NCBI GenBank assembly: GCA_964611285.1
Contig: CAZSZY010000001.1
Location: forward strand, 1,593 to 65,592
Origin: an uncultured Methanosarcinales archaeon
GTDB taxonomy: Archaea; Nanobdellota; Nanobdellia; Woesearchaeales; SKGA01
Direction of reading: 5' to 3'
Length of the DNA: 64,000 nt
The notes below the pieces were generated by a model that saw only the letters and a list, made by a program, of their open reading frames with translations, had not been told where the DNA came from and did not search any database. Shown here piece by piece: positions 10,302 to 19,456 of this stretch (positions are counted from its first letter, which is position 1; every line of letters begins with the position of its first letter). A program made the position numbers and the translations under genes.

Positions 10302-10844
10302 TTAAAAGTTCGCTAATTCGTTGAATTTTTTCTGTTTTCGGTGTTTTTCTAACCAATTAAAAACACTTGAGTGAGGGCTTCCAGTGAGTAATGATTCTAA
10401 AGCTTTTTTAGATACTGCTACATTGTCACAAAAGCCAATAATTGCAATTGTTTTACCGTACACACTAATATTTGTTTCAGTGAGTTCTTCAATAATGGAT
10501 CGTGCTTTTCCATTTTTTCCTATAGTTCTTCCTTTTAGTCGTTGCATCTGGTCTTTTGACTTAACATAGTCTGAAAGACTAAGCACTTCTAAGACATAGT
10601 CTTGTTTAAGAAGATGGCGAGCTATTTCGGGGTTAAATCCTCGTGCTATTGCTCGAATGATGTCTTTGAGAATATAGAGGCTGACTGAATCTGTTCCTAT
10701 GAGTTGTACCTCCCCTTCTTTAGAATCGATATTAATGGTTGTTTTGGTAATGCTTTCTAGTTCTTTTTTAATGGACCCCTCTTTACCAATAAGTACTGCT
10801 ACACGTTCTTTTGGTATTTTTAGCTCGTAAGAGTATTCATCCAT
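10302..10844 (-). CDS. KH-domain RNA-binding protein (archaeal Dim2/Pno1-like)
   Basis: 180 aa with two KH-like segments containing GKEGS and GKNG (GxxG) loops. Its adjacency to an Rio1-type kinase is a conserved archaeal arrangement. Confidence 0.7.
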   Translation of the reverse strand: MDEYSYELKIPKERVAVLIGKEGSIKKELESITKTTINIDSKEGEVQLIGTDSVSLYILKDIIRAIARGFNPEIARHLLKQDYVLEVLSLSDYVKSKDQMQRLKGRTIGKNGKARSIIEELTETNISVYGKTIAIIGFCDNVAVSKKALESLLTGSPHSSVFNWLEKHRKQKKFNELANF

Positions 10845-10878
10845 ATTTAAACTAAGAAATCAAATTCTTTTTTAAAGG

Positions 10879-11589
10879 TTATGTGCGGATAATTTCTTTC
10901 AAAAGTTCTTCTGGTTCGGTTTTAATCCCATATTTCTTGAAAAAAGTGCTAATTACGCTTAAATCTCTAAGCATGAGCTCTTTAGCGTTTGGCGAATCTG
11001 TTGCTGTTGTTTGAGAGAAGTCAATAAACACAGCTTTTCCTTTTTGAACCAAAATATTGTGTGCTGAGAGATCGCCATGCACCAAACCTAACTGATATAG
11101 TTCTTTCACTGCAACTAGTATTTCGTCTAACATTGCTTGGGGGTTTTCTAACTCTACATCCTTAAGCTGTGGTGCGGCCTTGTCTCCTTCGTTAATATAT
11201 TCCATAACAATAACATTATCTTTAAATGTTAAGACAGTTGGTACTCGTATTCGCTCTCTTGCTCGCATGAGATTTCTGTATTCTCTTTGAGTCCACGTAA
11301 AAATAATTCTTCGTTTTTGTCCTTTCAGATTCAAGTAGCGAGGGTCTTGACTGATGTATTCATACATCTTGTTAAAATTACAGTTTTCTAGACGATAGAT
11401 TTTCACAGCAACTAAGGTTCCATCTTTTGTTTCTGCTGTAAAGACATTTGCTTCTTTACCTAATGCAATGGACCCTACTAATTCTTCAAAATAACCTTGA
11501 GCTGCAAGTTTTCGAAGTAATTGTTCTGAGTGCTGGTCAAAGACATTTCCATATGTCTTCCATGCTTCGCGACTTTTATTTACTACCAT
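10879..11589 (-). CDS. rio1: RIO-type serine/threonine protein kinase (Rio1-like)
   Basis: 236 aa. It has the catalytic-loop motif LVHGDLSAHNIL, a flexible-loop/ATP-binding Lys region (VAVKIYR), and no N-terminal wHTH, which excludes the Rio2 type. Confidence 0.8.
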   Translation of the reverse strand: MVVNKSREAWKTYGNVFDQHSEQLLRKLAAQGYFEELVGSIALGKEANVFTAETKDGTLVAVKIYRLENCNFNKMYEYISQDPRYLNLKGQKRRIIFTWTQREYRNLMRARERIRVPTVLTFKDNVIVMEYINEGDKAAPQLKDVELENPQAMLDEILVAVKELYQLGLVHGDLSAHNILVQKGKAVFIDFSQTTATDSPNAKELMLRDLSVISTFFKKYGIKTEPEELLKEIIRT

Positions 11590-11639
11590 CTATCTATCTC
11601 AAAAACATCTTCTCTTTTAAACTTTCTGAGAAAAAATGT

Positions 11640-11713
11640 GGGCCGGACGGGATTTGAACCCGCGACTTCACCGTCTTCAGCGGTGCGCTCTGCCAGTCTG
11701 AGCTACCAGCCCG
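11640..11713 (-). tRNA. tRNA-Phe (anticodon GAA), no encoded CCA
   Basis: The reverse complement reads GGGCUGG-UA-GCUCAGACUGGCAGAGC-GCACCGCUGAAGACGGUG-AAGUC-GCGGGUUCAAAUCCCGU-CCGGCCC-C. It folds as a cloverleaf with a 7-bp acceptor stem, a GCUC D-stem, anticodon loop CUGAAGA and a GGGUUCAAAUCCC T-arm. Confidence 0.8.
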
Positions 11714-11753
11714 TAATGTTTCTAGAATCAAACGGACATTTATAAGGTTTACT

Positions 11754-13985
11754 CTATCCAGCAAGCTGTATATTGTTCATTACTTGACCTGAAACAACGT
11801 TGAAAAGAATGACAATAATAAATACAAGAACGCAATATATCATTGCTGATTTTGTCATGTTTTGCCCTAGTTCATATTGCTCACCAATAACATCAGGACC
11901 ATTTTCTATACCATTACCAATTACCGTCAAGATATATGCAAGCATGATTACATAGAGGCCTACAACTATCTGAAAATAATAGGTTGGAATTCCCGTTCCA
12001 AACATCGCTAAAAGTCCTGCGCCACCCATACCATCAGAACCCGCGGCAACTTTTCCTATTTGATCACCAAGAGTGCCCATAATATTTGTTATCATACTTG
12101 TAATTCCAACAACAACAGCAGAAATTACGGGTGTTAAAAAAAGTGCTTGACTTTTCATACTACTAATAACATCTCCCATTAAATCTTTGAGTCTTTCATC
12201 TACACGGTGCATTTGTTTAATATAATCAGAAACATTGATAATTGCTTGACTTGCTACTCGAGGTCCTTTTCTGCTTGATTCTACAAGAACTTTCATAGAA
12301 CTTTCAATAATATCGGACGGATAATATTTGAGTGCTCCTTTTTCTTTGTCAAAAATGGCTTGATGAACACTCATCCCTAAACGCGTTATATTAACATGTA
12401 CTAGCGTAAAGAATTTTCCCGAGATAGTATTTTGCATCGATTCTGCTACGCGCCCAAAAGCTGTTTCTGCTGGAATTCCATCTCCCAATCTATTTCCTAG
12501 TTGAAAAAGAGCAGATGAAAATTCTACCTCTAATGCTTTTGCTTGCTTTCGTATTTTTATTACATTTCCCGACTTTAACTTATAGAACAAGCCAATGCTC
12601 AATCCCACCCCCAAAGGCACAAATATACTAATAAGAAGCGCCCCCAAACCAAACGGACCAATAACATTGCCGGTTGGGTCATTATCAATAATTTCTTCTC
12701 TATACGCTAAAAATTTAACTTTTGCAAGTTGATCGGGGTTATATTGATCAACCATACCAAATCGCCAACCATTTCCATTATCTACAATTCCATAATCGGG
12801 AAGTCCCAAATTATACCAAATAAGTGGAGAAAAACCAATAAACAATAATACCAAACCAACAGCAGCAGCTAAAAATATTGGTTTAACAAATCTTTCTTTA
12901 TTACCTATTTTAATAACAATATTTTTGTATTTTTTTAATTCAGGATTTTTCTCAGTAATATCCTCATCACCCGATCCTCCAGGACGAGTTGATAAAATGT
13001 TTTTCCCTAAATAATAAACTATTGTTGGCAGTGCTAAATTATAAATTGCAAATAAATGATACCACTTAAATCCACCCATAAAACTTACAACTAAAGGTAA
13101 AATAACAAGCGTTAAGATTGGCAGAACAACACCCAACATGTTTAATGTTGTTAAAGGTGTTTTCAGACCATGAGCATAGTGAAGCATTTTTTCATATGTT
13201 TCATCTAGCATAACACTTAATGATTTATCCAAACTATTTAGTCGTCTATCATTACTTGCTTCGTAAAGTGAAGATTGTATAAGATGCATACTTTCTACAA
13301 ATTCTCGATTATATTTTTGCCAAGTTTCTAAATATGCGTTTAATGAATCTTTTAGTTCATCATATTTTTCTGTTTCAACATCCCATATTATTTTTCTTAA
13401 GTCAAGTGATAATGGAGGAGCTAAATGTTCTGCTGCAAAATTTATTGCTAATTCTAAGTTTGAAGTGTGACGCATGTAGGTCACCACATAAAATATTGCA
13501 AGCACCATCTGATTTGATGCTTTCATTCTCCACGTGTTAGCTAGCATAAATGGTAGTTTTTGTAGAGGTAGCATTAAAAGCAGTCCTCCAAAAAATGCAA
13601 AAATAACAAAGAACGTGTTTCCTTCTTGACCGAGAAGAACAGGAATCATAAAAAAAACAAGTACTGAAAAAAGAACAAGAAGTAATGGTACAAAAATGGA
13701 TGCGCTATTTACACCTGTTGGCGTTGTATTCAAATGACAAATATCTATTGCTTCTTGTAATTTGGGTGCTTTCTTATCGTCTGGTTTGAAAGGGAGTGTT
13801 TTCTCAGCTATCTGACAAAGTTTTTCATAAAAAGAAAGATGAGCGGGCATGTATTGTTGTTTAAAGTCATCATATGCTCGTGATGTGATAGTTTCGTCTT
13901 CTCCAGAGGCCTCTTTACCTGCAAGTTCATGCTCCAAACGTTCTTTAAAGAGCGAAGTTACTTTTTTAATATCAGGGTCGACCAT
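11754..13985 (-). CDS. Type II/IV secretion-system platform protein (FlaJ/TadC/GspF family), polytopic membrane
   Basis: 743 aa. Two cytoplasmic helical T2SSF-like repeats (around LAINFAAEHLAPPLSLDLRKII and RKGPRVASQAIINVSDYI) are each followed by TM bundles. It lies directly downstream of the secretion ATPase and the stop and start are adjacent. Confidence 0.55.
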   Translation of the reverse strand: MVDPDIKKVTSLFKERLEHELAGKEASGEDETITSRAYDDFKQQYMPAHLSFYEKLCQIAEKTLPFKPDDKKAPKLQEAIDICHLNTTPTGVNSASIFVPLLLVLFSVLVFFMIPVLLGQEGNTFFVIFAFFGGLLLMLPLQKLPFMLANTWRMKASNQMVLAIFYVVTYMRHTSNLELAINFAAEHLAPPLSLDLRKIIWDVETEKYDELKDSLNAYLETWQKYNREFVESMHLIQSSLYEASNDRRLNSLDKSLSVMLDETYEKMLHYAHGLKTPLTTLNMLGVVLPILTLVILPLVVSFMGGFKWYHLFAIYNLALPTIVYYLGKNILSTRPGGSGDEDITEKNPELKKYKNIVIKIGNKERFVKPIFLAAAVGLVLLFIGFSPLIWYNLGLPDYGIVDNGNGWRFGMVDQYNPDQLAKVKFLAYREEIIDNDPTGNVIGPFGLGALLISIFVPLGVGLSIGLFYKLKSGNVIKIRKQAKALEVEFSSALFQLGNRLGDGIPAETAFGRVAESMQNTISGKFFTLVHVNITRLGMSVHQAIFDKEKGALKYYPSDIIESSMKVLVESSRKGPRVASQAIINVSDYIKQMHRVDERLKDLMGDVISSMKSQALFLTPVISAVVVGITSMITNIMGTLGDQIGKVAAGSDGMGGAGLLAMFGTGIPTYYFQIVVGLYVIMLAYILTVIGNGIENGPDVIGEQYELGQNMTKSAMIYCVLVFIIVILFNVVSGQVMNNIQLAG

Positions 13986-13986
13986 T

Positions 13987-16401
13987 CTACTGTTTTGTTT
14001 CCTTTTGTTTTTTATCTATTCGTTTCATTTCGTTTTCTAGCCAATCATTCCATTCAAAATAAACAGCATCGGAATCTTCTCTTCCCAGACGCTTAATCAC
14101 TTTTTCCACTGTTTTATGAAATCGATCGTTTGCAAGAATAACAAATTCTGCTTCAATAAGTGAAGGAATATTTTTTTCTTGACTAATATCAAAAATTCGT
14201 TGTTTTATTTTTGCTCGAAGTTCAATATTGTTCCATAGAGCATCCCAATTACCTGTATACTCTTTTATTTTTGCAGCGATATCTTTGAGTATTTCGCTTT
14301 CTCCATTAAGTAGTTCTGGTGTTGGCTCTAGTTGGTCTGTTGCAGCATTGTATTTCATCAAGTCAACAAAACCTCCTTCAAGTCCAGGATCATCTTGCCA
14401 ATCTTTTCTTACTTCTGTAATTTGTAATACTCTTCTCATTTTATGCAGACCGTCCGCAGATTTAATTGGATTTGCAATAACAATAATGTCTGTTGCCTTA
14501 AAGGATGTTTTTGGAATACCAATATCATTAACCAATCGATCATAAATACCGTAAGGACTATCACCGTGAATAGTCCCTGCAACTACGTTTGCTGCAGCTC
14601 CTACTCGCATTGCTTCGTAAAGTGCTTTTGCTTCACCACTTCGTACTTCACCTACAATAAGTGCAGAGTCTCCTAAACGAAGCGTACTTCTAATACCATC
14701 TTCAGCACTAAACTCTTCACCGGATTTTGCAAGAGCACTTGCAACTTTTAGTGGTTGTATGTTAAATCCTAGTTTTCTCATAGATGTTGTTGGAAGTTCT
14801 AATGTATCTTCAATAGTAAGAATTCTGTGACGTCGCATAATTTCAATCAAAAGTGATGACAGAAAACTACTTTTACCACTACTTCTTGTTCCACAAACAA
14901 GTATTGTTCTTGTTCCATCAATTAAGAAAGAAAGAAGTCCTGCTGCCAATCCATTAATCATTTTGTATTTGATAAACAAAGGTAATGTCCATGGCTGATC
15001 TCTATGTCGCCGAAATGAAAATGCAAGCCCTGTTGGATTTAATGGAGAAGTAATAGTTGATGTTCGAACACTCGCTCCTGGAAGTTCTAGTTCGGTATCA
15101 AGAATTGGATTTGCTTCATCTAATGGTCGTCCAGAAATCATTCGTAATTTACTTGCCCAACTTTCACTATCACTAATAGTTGGGAAAATATTTGTTATAC
15201 AATCATCATAGTCTGCATGCACAATAAAGATAGGAATTTCTCCAGGTGGACTGTTCACGCTAATATCTTGAATTTTTTCATCTGAAAGTAAAACTTCCAC
15301 CAGACCAAAACCAACAGTATAACGAACAAGTATTCTTGCAAGTTCTTCATTATCTTCTTCAGTAATTTTTATATTTCTGTAGTTTGCTAGCTCAGAGATT
15401 AAATCTTTTCCTACATTATGAAAAACATCTCTCATTCTTTTTGGGTCGGTAAATTCATCTTTATCTGGTTTATGTTCTGAAAGTATTCTTCTTGCAGTAT
15501 CTAGTAAATCATAAAGTTCTTCGCTAAGTTTAAACTCTGGCGGCATGATGTGATAGAGATATTGTACAGAATCTGGTTTTTCAAAAATAACTATTTCTGT
15601 TTGTCCAACCATGTAGTTTTCTAGTTCTGTTGCGTTTTTTGGATACGCAGCCATAAGTTTGGTAAACATAAAATCTGGTTTTATAGTGGGGAAAAATATT
15701 CTTCGGTAAGGATCTCTATTTCCAATTTCATGTCCTTCAATATAGGGCTTTGCAACTACAAAAAATTTTGTTCCTTCAATCATTGAAGTAATATGATCTA
15801 AAAGTTGAATGTAATGTGTTTGACTGCGCACGAGCACAGAATCTACTTCTTTTTCTAATTGTATTTGTTCTCGACGACGAATTCTCTTTAAACGAACATA
15901 GCAAGATAATGGGTCTTTTTTAAGTTCTGTAAATAAAATATGATGGAGTTCATTATATTTTGAAGAAAGACTTGTTTCTGAAACGCTTTGTGCTAGTGAA
16001 GGATAACTAAAGAGGTCTTTATTTCGAACGAGTTTTGCATATAAACGAGAAATTTCCGCAAGCAATGTTACTTGAGGATAATCATATTCATAATCATGCT
16101 TTTGTGAGAAAATTATTTTTGTTGCTGTTGGATTTTCAACAAGCATAGTTATTGCTTCAGACATCGTGATTTCATCATCTTCTATTGATGGTATTCTACC
16201 ACGTGTATTGTAATCTACAAGCAATGTCGTGCCATCGCCTTCGCGATCCACTTCGTAATTTAGTTTTTTATCTGGCAAAAACACTCTCCCTCTTTTCACT
16301 CCCCAGTGAATATGTTTAGAGTACTCACTAAGTACAATGCAAACTGCAGTTTTACAATATATAAAACTTTGTTTACGCCGAATTTTCCGGTGGTTGCGCA
16401 A
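13987..16401 (-). CDS. Type IV pilus/archaellum assembly ATPase (FlaI/VirB11/CpaF family) with a long N-terminal extension
   Basis: 804 aa. It has Walker A GTRSSGKSS, an Asp box ILTIEDTLEL, Walker B/His box DSALIVGEVRSGEA...TIHGDSP, and roughly 350 extra N-terminal residues. Confidence 0.75.
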   Translation of the reverse strand: MRNHRKIRRKQSFIYCKTAVCIVLSEYSKHIHWGVKRGRVFLPDKKLNYEVDREGDGTTLLVDYNTRGRIPSIEDDEITMSEAITMLVENPTATKIIFSQKHDYEYDYPQVTLLAEISRLYAKLVRNKDLFSYPSLAQSVSETSLSSKYNELHHILFTELKKDPLSCYVRLKRIRRREQIQLEKEVDSVLVRSQTHYIQLLDHITSMIEGTKFFVVAKPYIEGHEIGNRDPYRRIFFPTIKPDFMFTKLMAAYPKNATELENYMVGQTEIVIFEKPDSVQYLYHIMPPEFKLSEELYDLLDTARRILSEHKPDKDEFTDPKRMRDVFHNVGKDLISELANYRNIKITEEDNEELARILVRYTVGFGLVEVLLSDEKIQDISVNSPPGEIPIFIVHADYDDCITNIFPTISDSESWASKLRMISGRPLDEANPILDTELELPGASVRTSTITSPLNPTGLAFSFRRHRDQPWTLPLFIKYKMINGLAAGLLSFLIDGTRTILVCGTRSSGKSSFLSSLLIEIMRRHRILTIEDTLELPTTSMRKLGFNIQPLKVASALAKSGEEFSAEDGIRSTLRLGDSALIVGEVRSGEAKALYEAMRVGAAANVVAGTIHGDSPYGIYDRLVNDIGIPKTSFKATDIIVIANPIKSADGLHKMRRVLQITEVRKDWQDDPGLEGGFVDLMKYNAATDQLEPTPELLNGESEILKDIAAKIKEYTGNWDALWNNIELRAKIKQRIFDISQEKNIPSLIEAEFVILANDRFHKTVEKVIKRLGREDSDAVYFEWNDWLENEMKRIDKKQKETKQ

Positions 16402-16457
16402 GAAATAGGTCTTTTCTCAGGAAATATTTATAAGACGAGTTCATCTTAATAAGTGTT

Positions 16458-16949
16458 ATGACTGAGCCAAAGCTTTTTCCTGAAGGTCCAACACCTGAAG
16501 AACATGTTGCAAAACATCAAAATAAAGAAGAAACATTGCAACCAATTAACACCAAAGTTAATGATATTGCTACTCGATTAAAAATTCTTGAAGAAAGATA
16601 TATGACTTTAAAAAAAAAATCTCAACTTGGTGAGCAAAATATTGTAGAAGCTCAAAAAGATCACTTTGAAGAGTTGCAGATACTTAATGAGAACTTGATG
16701 GAAACAAAACACGCCATCAGAGATATAACTGAGAAAGTAAGCTTGCTAAGTCAAGAAGTGAGTAATTTTGCTACAAAAAATGACTTAACTGTTCTGCAAC
16801 GGTATGTGGAATTTTGGGAACCAATGGATTTTGTAACAAGAAAAGAAGTAAACGCATTTCTAAGAAAGAAATTAGGAAAACCGAAGTCCGTCAGTACGCC
16901 AAACGAGAAAAAATCTGCTTCAGATATTACTTCCTTAGATCATCAGTAA
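16458..16949 (+). CDS. Hypothetical coiled-coil protein
   Basis: 163-aa ORF on the strand opposite the pilus-module genes, and convergent with them. I recognise no motif. Confidence 0.3.
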   Translation: MTEPKLFPEGPTPEEHVAKHQNKEETLQPINTKVNDIATRLKILEERYMTLKKKSQLGEQNIVEAQKDHFEELQILNENLMETKHAIRDITEKVSLLSQEVSNFATKNDLTVLQRYVEFWEPMDFVTRKEVNAFLRKKLGKPKSVSTPNEKKSASDITSLDHQ

Positions 16950-17328
16950 TTCTTGATAATTCTGAAACGTTTTCTGTAAATATAGGCAGTACTTTTGCAA
17001 ATACTTTTTCCATGGCTTTAAGTTCTGCACCAACATCTAAGATGTGTTGATCATATTCCCCAACTTTTCCAATGACTGCTTGATGTAGTTTATCAAATTC
17101 ATCTCGCATATCTTGAAGTTGTTGTTGCATAGATGTTAATTTACTATCAGCTACGTTTTTCCACTCAATAATTTTAGTAATATCTTTTACTAAATCATTC
17201 CATTTTTCATCAATGATTGCTTCAATAAGTTCTTCATTGGTTGTTTGGAATTGTTGTTGAGACTGGAGCGGCTGCTGCATTGGAGGCGGCGGTGCCAGTC
17301 CTGGAGACGGGGGATTTGGTGGTAACAT
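16927..17328 (-). CDS. Hypothetical protein with a Pro/Gln-rich N-terminus and a coiled-coil; positioned like an archaellum/pilus accessory protein
   Basis: 133 aa. It sits between the paralogous membrane proteins and the ATPase gene on the same strand. Confidence 0.3.
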   Translation of the reverse strand: MLPPNPPSPGLAPPPPMQQPLQSQQQFQTTNEELIEAIIDEKWNDLVKDITKIIEWKNVADSKLTSMQQQLQDMRDEFDKLHQAVIGKVGEYDQHILDVGAELKAMEKVFAKVLPIFTENVSELSRITDDLRK

Positions 17329-17365
17329 GTTTTCACTCTCTTTTTTATTTGTACTTTAACTAAGC

Positions 17366-18046
17366 TTATGGTAATTGTGTTTTTGCTAAAAACATTATAG
17401 TAAACATGCCGATGAGCATAAGCATTATCATTCCCAATATTTTTGGATGAACTATTGTTTGGAGCACGTTGTCTCCAAAGTCATCTGATGCTGTCGAACC
17501 CGATTGACCTGCTTGATCCGTAACATCTGTCTGAATATCATTAAAGGAAGGATTGTCATACACATCAATTGAGCCATCGTTTGGAACTTGCTCTACTGGA
17601 ACATAATTTTCAGTTCCGTCTGTTGCTGTTATTCCTGGTTGTTCTTCTAAAAGCCGCTGACCATACGTTGAAGATAAGGAAACGATAAGTATGATAATAA
17701 AAATAACTGCCAATATCCAATAAACGCTTGGAGTCTTAATCATTGTTTCAAATATGCCATTGTCATCTCCTACAAACATGCGTAAGACAAAAAATATCAA
17801 AAATAAAAAAATAATAAGTACGGTAAACCAAGGCGTCATCGTTGTAATTATAGAGAACGTGTCTTGAGACACCATTGCTAGAAAAGCAAACGCTAATGCT
17901 ATAATTGCATAAAGTCCTTTTGAACTTGAATTATCTTTTAGTATATTGGTTACCAGTAAGAAACCATAGACTATAGCAAAGACTATGAGGAATACGAATA
18001 TTCCTGAAAAGTGTTGAAAAATACTTAAGTCCAAAAATGTTGCCAT
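17366..18046 (-). CDS. Polytopic small membrane protein, paralog 3 of a tandem triplet
   Basis: 226 aa, 4-5 TM segments. Its N-terminal hydrophobic core is related to the two upstream paralogs. Confidence 0.4.
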   Translation of the reverse strand: MATFLDLSIFQHFSGIFVFLIVFAIVYGFLLVTNILKDNSSSKGLYAIIALAFAFLAMVSQDTFSIITTMTPWFTVLIIFLFLIFFVLRMFVGDDNGIFETMIKTPSVYWILAVIFIIILIVSLSSTYGQRLLEEQPGITATDGTENYVPVEQVPNDGSIDVYDNPSFNDIQTDVTDQAGQSGSTASDDFGDNVLQTIVHPKILGMIMLMLIGMFTIMFLAKTQLP

Positions 18047-18070
18047 GGTTTAGTATCTCAAATAATTATT

Positions 18071-18676
18071 TTATTGGTTTTGATCGCTTTCAAAAAAGTC
18101 CTTGAGACCTTTAGCTGCGGATTTTTTCTCTCTCTCTTCCGGCGTCTTCTCATCAGCTGCAATAAACTTAATAATAAGTCCAAAGACAAGTACTGCTACA
18201 ATAAGCGGCATGACGTCACTGTTTAAAATTCGCCATATAAAAGACGCATTTTGAAATGTACCCATAGATGTCAAAAAGATTCCAAGTACTGTTAATCCTG
18301 AAATAAGTGTAAACCAAATACCAATACCTTTTGATCCATCTGGTGTTTTACCAGTCCAAAGACCAATAGTTAAAAGCATCATCACAATTGCCACTAAAAG
18401 AAGTCCTATTCCTGCTAAAGATTGGTTAATAACTTCTACAATTGTTTTTCCGTGAAAAAATACGACGCCGTAGAAATGTGAAAATACTACAGAAAGTGCA
18501 ACTACAAGAGCTACAACCGAACCATATTTTTTTACTTGATGTTTTTCTTTACCTAAAACCTTTGTCTTTTCCAACACCGCAAAAACTATGGTAAAAATGA
18601 GTATGAAAGGTAAAAGTACTTCAAACACACCCCATTGTTGCAAAGATTGAATCATTCCATCAAAACCGTAATACAT
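18071..18676 (-). CDS. Polytopic small membrane protein, paralog 2
   Basis: 201 aa. The motif VLLPFILIFTIVFAVLEKTKVLG is shared with the 18720..19295 product (VVLPFILVFTLFFAFLEKSKVLG). Confidence 0.4.
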   Translation of the reverse strand: MYYGFDGMIQSLQQWGVFEVLLPFILIFTIVFAVLEKTKVLGKEKHQVKKYGSVVALVVALSVVFSHFYGVVFFHGKTIVEVINQSLAGIGLLLVAIVMMLLTIGLWTGKTPDGSKGIGIWFTLISGLTVLGIFLTSMGTFQNASFIWRILNSDVMPLIVAVLVFGLIIKFIAADEKTPEEREKKSAAKGLKDFFESDQNQ

Positions 18677-18719
18677 ATTATCGCCTCGTGTTATTTATTT
18701 TTTAATAGTAGTATTTAAA

Positions 18720-19295
18720 TTATGTCTCTTCGCCAGAGCCACCTTTTTGAGGTTTAGTAACCCAAACCATGAAGCCAACGAAGACCAAAATCATTAAAAT
18801 TGTTGCAACACCTGCACTATCCCAACTTCGTAAGAGAAAGTTGTAAATAGCATCAAGCCAGCCCATTGCGTTAAATAAAATGAGCAATATGCCTAGCGCA
18901 CTCACAATCCAAAAACCCATCTTCCATCCTTTACCCATCGTACCTAAGTCAAACTCTTTATCTCCTGTATGGGTAACACCTACTGCTAAAATAAACATAA
19001 GACCTGTAACAATAAGGATTACAGTGTTAGCAATTACTTCGCTGATGATTCTGACGAGTTGTGCTGATGCGACTACGAAAAATGCCGCTGAAAAAGCAAT
19101 GATAGCGTTTAGATTTTTTCTCGTGAAACGATGCTCAGTTCCTGTTTTGTCTTTTATAACTTCAATCCCTAATACTTTGGATTTTTCTAAAAATGCAAAA
19201 AACAAGGTGAAGACAAGGATGAAAGGTAAAACTACATCATACACGCCTATCTTTGCCATAAAAGCAATTGTTCCGCTGAGAATGCTATCTGCCAC
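18720..19295 (-). CDS. Polytopic small membrane protein, paralog 1 (GTG start as drawn; the true start may be internal)
   Basis: 191 aa. It has the shared motif and 4 TM segments. A promoter 15-mer lies 25 nt upstream. Confidence 0.4.
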   Translation of the reverse strand: MADSILSGTIAFMAKIGVYDVVLPFILVFTLFFAFLEKSKVLGIEVIKDKTGTEHRFTRKNLNAIIAFSAAFFVVASAQLVRIISEVIANTVILIVTGLMFILAVGVTHTGDKEFDLGTMGKGWKMGFWIVSALGILLILFNAMGWLDAIYNFLLRSWDSAGVATILMILVFVGFMVWVTKPQKGGSGEET

Positions 19296-19320
19296 GTATC
19301 TTAGATACGACTAAAGAGAC

Positions 19321-19335
19321 TATTTAAAGGTTTCG
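19321..19335 (-). promoter_or_regulatory. BRE/TATA promoter (cgaaacc-tttaaata on the minus strand) for the 18720..19295 operon
   Basis: Identical 15-mer to 6561..6575. The TATA end is 25 nt before the start codon, consistent with a leaderless transcript. Confidence 0.4.
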
Positions 19336-19422
19336 TTCAAAAAAAAAGGTTATAAGTTAAAGAAAAAGACGTCTACCTACCGTTTTATAGCGACTAAGAG
19401 ATTTTTGAAAAAGACACAAGAA

Positions 19423-19430
19423 TTTATAAA
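19423..19430 (+). promoter_or_regulatory. TATA box (tttataaa) of the divergent translin-cyclophilin-aspS operon
   Basis: It lies 26 nt upstream of the ATG at 19457, with an A-rich BRE-like stretch immediately 5' of it. Confidence 0.4.
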
Positions 19431-19456
19431 TAAAGACACGTTTATCGCGTATTAGG

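Noticed and set aside
11530-11745. 71-aa ORF overlapping the tRNA-Phe region
   Set aside because: It overlaps the tRNA-Phe gene in antisense. It contains the tRNA sequence itself, giving it an unusual amino-acid composition. It is spurious
16458-16949. Possible archaellum/pilus accessory gene because of its proximity to the ATPase
   Set aside because: It is on the opposite strand and convergent with the pilus-module genes, and it has no recognisable motif. I keep it as a generic coiled-coil hypothetical
17366-19295. Three tandem paralogous membrane proteins considered as archaellins/pilins
   Set aside because: There is no class III signal peptide (no KG/KA cleavage motif before the first hydrophobic helix) and multiple TM segments run along the whole length. 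I treat them as polytopic membrane proteins and not as filament subunits
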